Shown here piece by piece: positions 61,031 to 64,000 of a stretch of DNA of 64,000 bases. Origin of the DNA: an uncultured Rothia sp. (lineage in GTDB: Bacteria > Actinomycetota > Actinomycetes > Actinomycetales > Micrococcaceae); contig NZ_CAUOUU010000009.1 of assembly GCF_963507905.1 (NCBI RefSeq), forward strand, positions 25,889 to 89,888, read 5' to 3'. Under the pieces are notes generated by a model that saw only the letters and a program-made list of their open reading frames with translations, searched no databases and was not told the origin of the DNA. Position 1 is the stretch's first letter; every line of letters starts with the position of its first letter. The translations under genes were made by a program, and so were the position numbers.

Positions 61031-61795
61031 ATGACTACCTTCTTCACTCGACGTACCGCTCTGGGTGTTGCTGTTGCGGGTGCGCTTTCTGCATTGACTG
61101 CGTGCGCTAGTGATATTCGCCCGTTGGCTGGCGGCACCGGCTCGGCTTCTCCGTCGGAGGCGGCGACCGCCTCCGAGACTGCTTCCGCATCGGCATCTGC
61201 GAGCGCTTCGGCTTCTCCTTCTGCGTCTGCGAGTGCCTCTGCGGCTTCGGGTCTTCCGTCTTCGGGTAAGTCCTATAAGGGTCCGATGAAGTTCGATAGC
61301 TACGAGAAGACCGGCGAGTACGTTCCGGCGAGCGCTACGAATCCGGCTGAGAATATGCCGAAGCCTGTTCCTCCGGCGAATATCAAGGAGCACAGCGTTG
61401 ATGGTGCGTACGCTTTCTTGAGTTTCTGGCTGGCGAGCTTGAACTATTTGATGATGACGGGTAACCCGGCCCCGATTGAACATATCTACTACAACGGCTA
61501 CGGTTGGGAGAAGTATCAGAGCACGATTAAGCTGTATGCGTCGGGTGCTGGTTGGGTGTACGGTACGGAAACTCCGTATATTGTTGAGCTGCTGACGGAT
61601 GCTCCTCGTGAGGTGCCGGGTAGCGACAATACCCGCTTTATTTGGGAAGGCTATTCCTACATGGACCCGAAGATGATGCGGCATTATAGGAATCAGCCTG
61701 AGAAGGCAACGAGCGCTGATGAGTCGAAGAAGAGAGTGGCGAGGTTCCGCCTGGAGTACAAGGACGGCAAGTGGGAGCTGTCGAGCGCCGCGTAG
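61031..61795 (+). CDS. Tat-lipoprotein 3, DUF6318-like
   Basis: TRRTAL, LTAC; start at 61031 after an AAGGA RBS. Confidence 0.78.
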   Translation: MTTFFTRRTALGVAVAGALSALTACASDIRPLAGGTGSASPSEAATASETASASASASASASPSASASASAASGLPSSGKSYKGPMKFDSYEKTGEYVPASATNPAENMPKPVPPANIKEHSVDGAYAFLSFWLASLNYLMMTGNPAPIEHIYYNGYGWEKYQSTIKLYASGAGWVYGTETPYIVELLTDAPREVPGSDNTRFIWEGYSYMDPKMMRHYRNQPEKATSADESKKRVARFRLEYKDGKWELSSAA

Positions 61796-62045
61796 TTGCC
61801 GCTTTGCAGAGGGTTCGCTCTCGTAGTGATTTCTCATGTGATAAGACCCCGCACCTGGTAAAACGCTGGGTGTGGGGTCTTAATTTTCTGAACAATTGAG
61901 GTGGTCGCGGGGCTATGTGGTGGCTCTCGGGTAACCTTAAAGGTGTATACATTGACGTACTGATAGGTCTTTACAGGGCGTCTACGCCTGCTCTGGTGCG
62001 CGGCGTCGTTGTTTGTTCTGTATTGGCTCCAACGAAGGGCTTCCG

Positions 62046-62798
62046 ATGACTACCTTCTTCACTCGACGTGCTCTCCTGGGCGTGGGTACGACCGGCATCC
62101 TTACGGCGCTGACTGCGTGCGCTAGCGATATTCGCCCGCTGTCGCAGGGTTCCGGCGGTTCCTCTGGTTCAGCTTCTGATGCTGCGTCTGGCGCGGCTTC
62201 TGGTGCGGCGTCCTCTTCTGTGAGTGCTTCGGCGTCGCCTTCTCCGACTGATGATCACACTCCCGGCTCGTATGTTGGTCCGATTAAGTTCAATAACTAC
62301 GAGCGGAACGGCACCTACATCCCTGCGACTGCGAATGCGCCGGCGCAGAACGTGCCGAAGCCTCTGATCCCGGAGAAGATGAAGGAAAACAGCCCCGAGG
62401 GCGCCTACGCGCTGATGGGTTATTGGCTTGCTTCCCAGAATTATCTGATTCTGACCGGCGATGTTGAGCCGCTGATGAAGGCGGATCCGGCGAAGGCTTT
62501 TTTGAGCAACTCTAGGACCATGATTAAGCTCTATGAGTCGGGTCTGGGTTGGATTTACGGTTCGGATCAGCCGTACAAGATTGAGATTGCGGAGAATGAG
62601 CTTCAGCCGGTTGCTAATAAGCCGGACCGTTACGAGTGGCTTGTGACCGTCGCGTATGACGCTGCCGCTAAGTACCACATTGAGGGTGAGCCTGATGCGA
62701 CTATCGTTGAGGAAGAAAAGACGATTCCTCGCACGACGAAGTTCATCATGGAGTACAAGGAAGGCATGTGGCGCATGCTTCTGGACAACAACAGCTAA
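62046..62798 (+). CDS. Tat-lipoprotein 4, DUF6318-like
   Basis: TRRALL, LTAC, same motifs. Confidence 0.78.
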   Translation: MTTFFTRRALLGVGTTGILTALTACASDIRPLSQGSGGSSGSASDAASGAASGAASSSVSASASPSPTDDHTPGSYVGPIKFNNYERNGTYIPATANAPAQNVPKPLIPEKMKENSPEGAYALMGYWLASQNYLILTGDVEPLMKADPAKAFLSNSRTMIKLYESGLGWIYGSDQPYKIEIAENELQPVANKPDRYEWLVTVAYDAAAKYHIEGEPDATIVEEEKTIPRTTKFIMEYKEGMWRMLLDNNS

Positions 62799-62838
62799 AT
62801 TTCTTCATCTTCTGATACGCACTATTTAAGGATTTCTG

Positions 62839-63639
62839 ATGACGACTTTCCTTTCTCGACGTGCCGCACTAGCTGCCGCTACCGGTGCCGGCGCGGCTGC
62901 GGCGTTGACTGCTTGCGCTAGCGATATCCGCCCGCTGGCGGATAGCTCCTCTGCTCCTTCCAGTGAGGCTTCCTCTTCCACAAGTCCTAGCGCCTCTGCT
63001 AGCCCCTCTGCCTCCGCTAGCTCCTCCTCTGGAGGCGGTTCTTCTGCGAAGTCTTATCTGGGGCCGGTAAAGTTCGACAACTATGAGAAGAAGGGCGAGT
63101 ACGTTCCCGCGGATGAGACGCATAAGGCGCTGAACATGCCTAGGCCTCGACCGCCAGCGAATATGTACGAGAATACTGTTGATGGAGCTTACGCGGCCTA
63201 TAGTTTTTATGAAGCAAGCCTCAACTACTTAGTACTTACCGGCGATGTTGAACCGTTGAAAGAAGCTGACCCTGTTGGCAAGGACGTCAAAGCTTTTCAA
63301 GGTTATGTAACTGTATACGAAACCAATGAGGGGTGGTTTTACGGTTCGGAGAAACCAGTTCAAACTGAGATGCTAACCCCCCGGCCTGAAAAGGCATCAG
63401 GTAGCGACACCCTCATTTGGCCTATCAGATTTGTTAGGGATCCTAATGCAATGTCTCGCATTGAAGGGCGAGCAGATGAGCCTATGTTCCCTAGTAAGGC
63501 TTTGACTCCTGACCACGCCAAGCTGAAGTTGTCCTATAAGGACGGTAGATGGTTTTATGCCGCCACTAAGGGCGGCGAGCAGAGCACTCCAAGCCCAAGC
63601 ACTAAAGCATCAAATGAGGCTACCCCTAATAACGCCTAG
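62839..63639 (+). CDS. Tat-lipoprotein 5, DUF6318-like
   Basis: SRRAAL, LTAC; 3' half visibly more AT-rich. Confidence 0.78.
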   Translation: MTTFLSRRAALAAATGAGAAAALTACASDIRPLADSSSAPSSEASSSTSPSASASPSASASSSSGGGSSAKSYLGPVKFDNYEKKGEYVPADETHKALNMPRPRPPANMYENTVDGAYAAYSFYEASLNYLVLTGDVEPLKEADPVGKDVKAFQGYVTVYETNEGWFYGSEKPVQTEMLTPRPEKASGSDTLIWPIRFVRDPNAMSRIEGRADEPMFPSKALTPDHAKLKLSYKDGRWFYAATKGGEQSTPSPSTKASNEATPNNA

Positions 63640-63737
63640 AGCATCTTTGCTCAGTTCATCTTATGGGCGGAGATTTACCTCGCACATAGGCTCTAGGATT
63701 TAGTCTCATAACCCCACACATTACTTAAGGATTTTTC

Positions 63738-64000
63738 ATGGCAACTTTTCTTTCTCGACGTGCAGCACTAGCTGCCGCTACCGGTGCCGGCGCGGCTGCG
63801 GCGTTGACTGCTTGCGCTAGCGATATCCGCCCGCTGGCTGATAGCTCTTCTTCCCCTTCCGGTGAGGCTTCGGCGAGCGCTAGCGCTTCTGAGTCTGCAA
63901 GCGCATCCGCCTCAGCATCTGCGTCGTCTTCCGCTAAGAAGTCGTACAAGGGTACCGTAAAGCTCGACAAGTATGAGAAGAACGGCGAGTACGTTCCTGC
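63738..64000 (+). CDS. Tat-lipoprotein 6, DUF6318-like (runs off right edge)
   Basis: Read manually: MATFLSRRAALAAATGAGAAAALTACASDIRPLADSS...KSYKGTVKLDKYEKNGEYVP. Confidence 0.8.
   Translation, partial: MATFLSRRAALAAATGAGAAAALTACASDIRPLADSSSSPSGEASASASASESASASASASASSSAKKSYKGTVKLDKYEKNGEYVP

Overview
High-GC actinobacterial chromosome segment, most consistent with a Rothia-like member of the Micrococcaceae (inferred from gene content, codon style and synteny). The left half (1-28.4 kb) is mostly housekeeping: trpE (partial), an FMN-riboswitch-led riboflavin operon with an unusual riboflavin synthase-RibB fusion, fabD-fabH-acpP-fabF, xerC, yraN-comM-dprA, rnhB, lepB, rplS, a second ssb, a membrane-anchored HNH nuclease, tRNA-Arg(UCU), an mptB-like mannosyltransferase, orn, tRNA-His, def, rnpB and yaaA. 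A 1.3-kb gene-free gap at 7.1-8.4 kb holds a candidate ~500-nt highly structured ncRNA with its own promoter and terminator, plus two covarying hairpin repeats. The right half is accessory surface-protein territory. It contains a 28-kb tandem array of 12 secreted or membrane-anchored SLH-domain proteins built from shuffled modules with conserved frameworks, hypervariable aromatic/Cys loops and repeated regulatory leaders. After nif3 and msrA comes an array of at least 6 Tat-lipoproteins (DUF6318-like). Other notable signals are a shared CTGTGGATAACCTCG box upstream of transformation-related genes and widespread degenerate ~15-bp tandem duplications.
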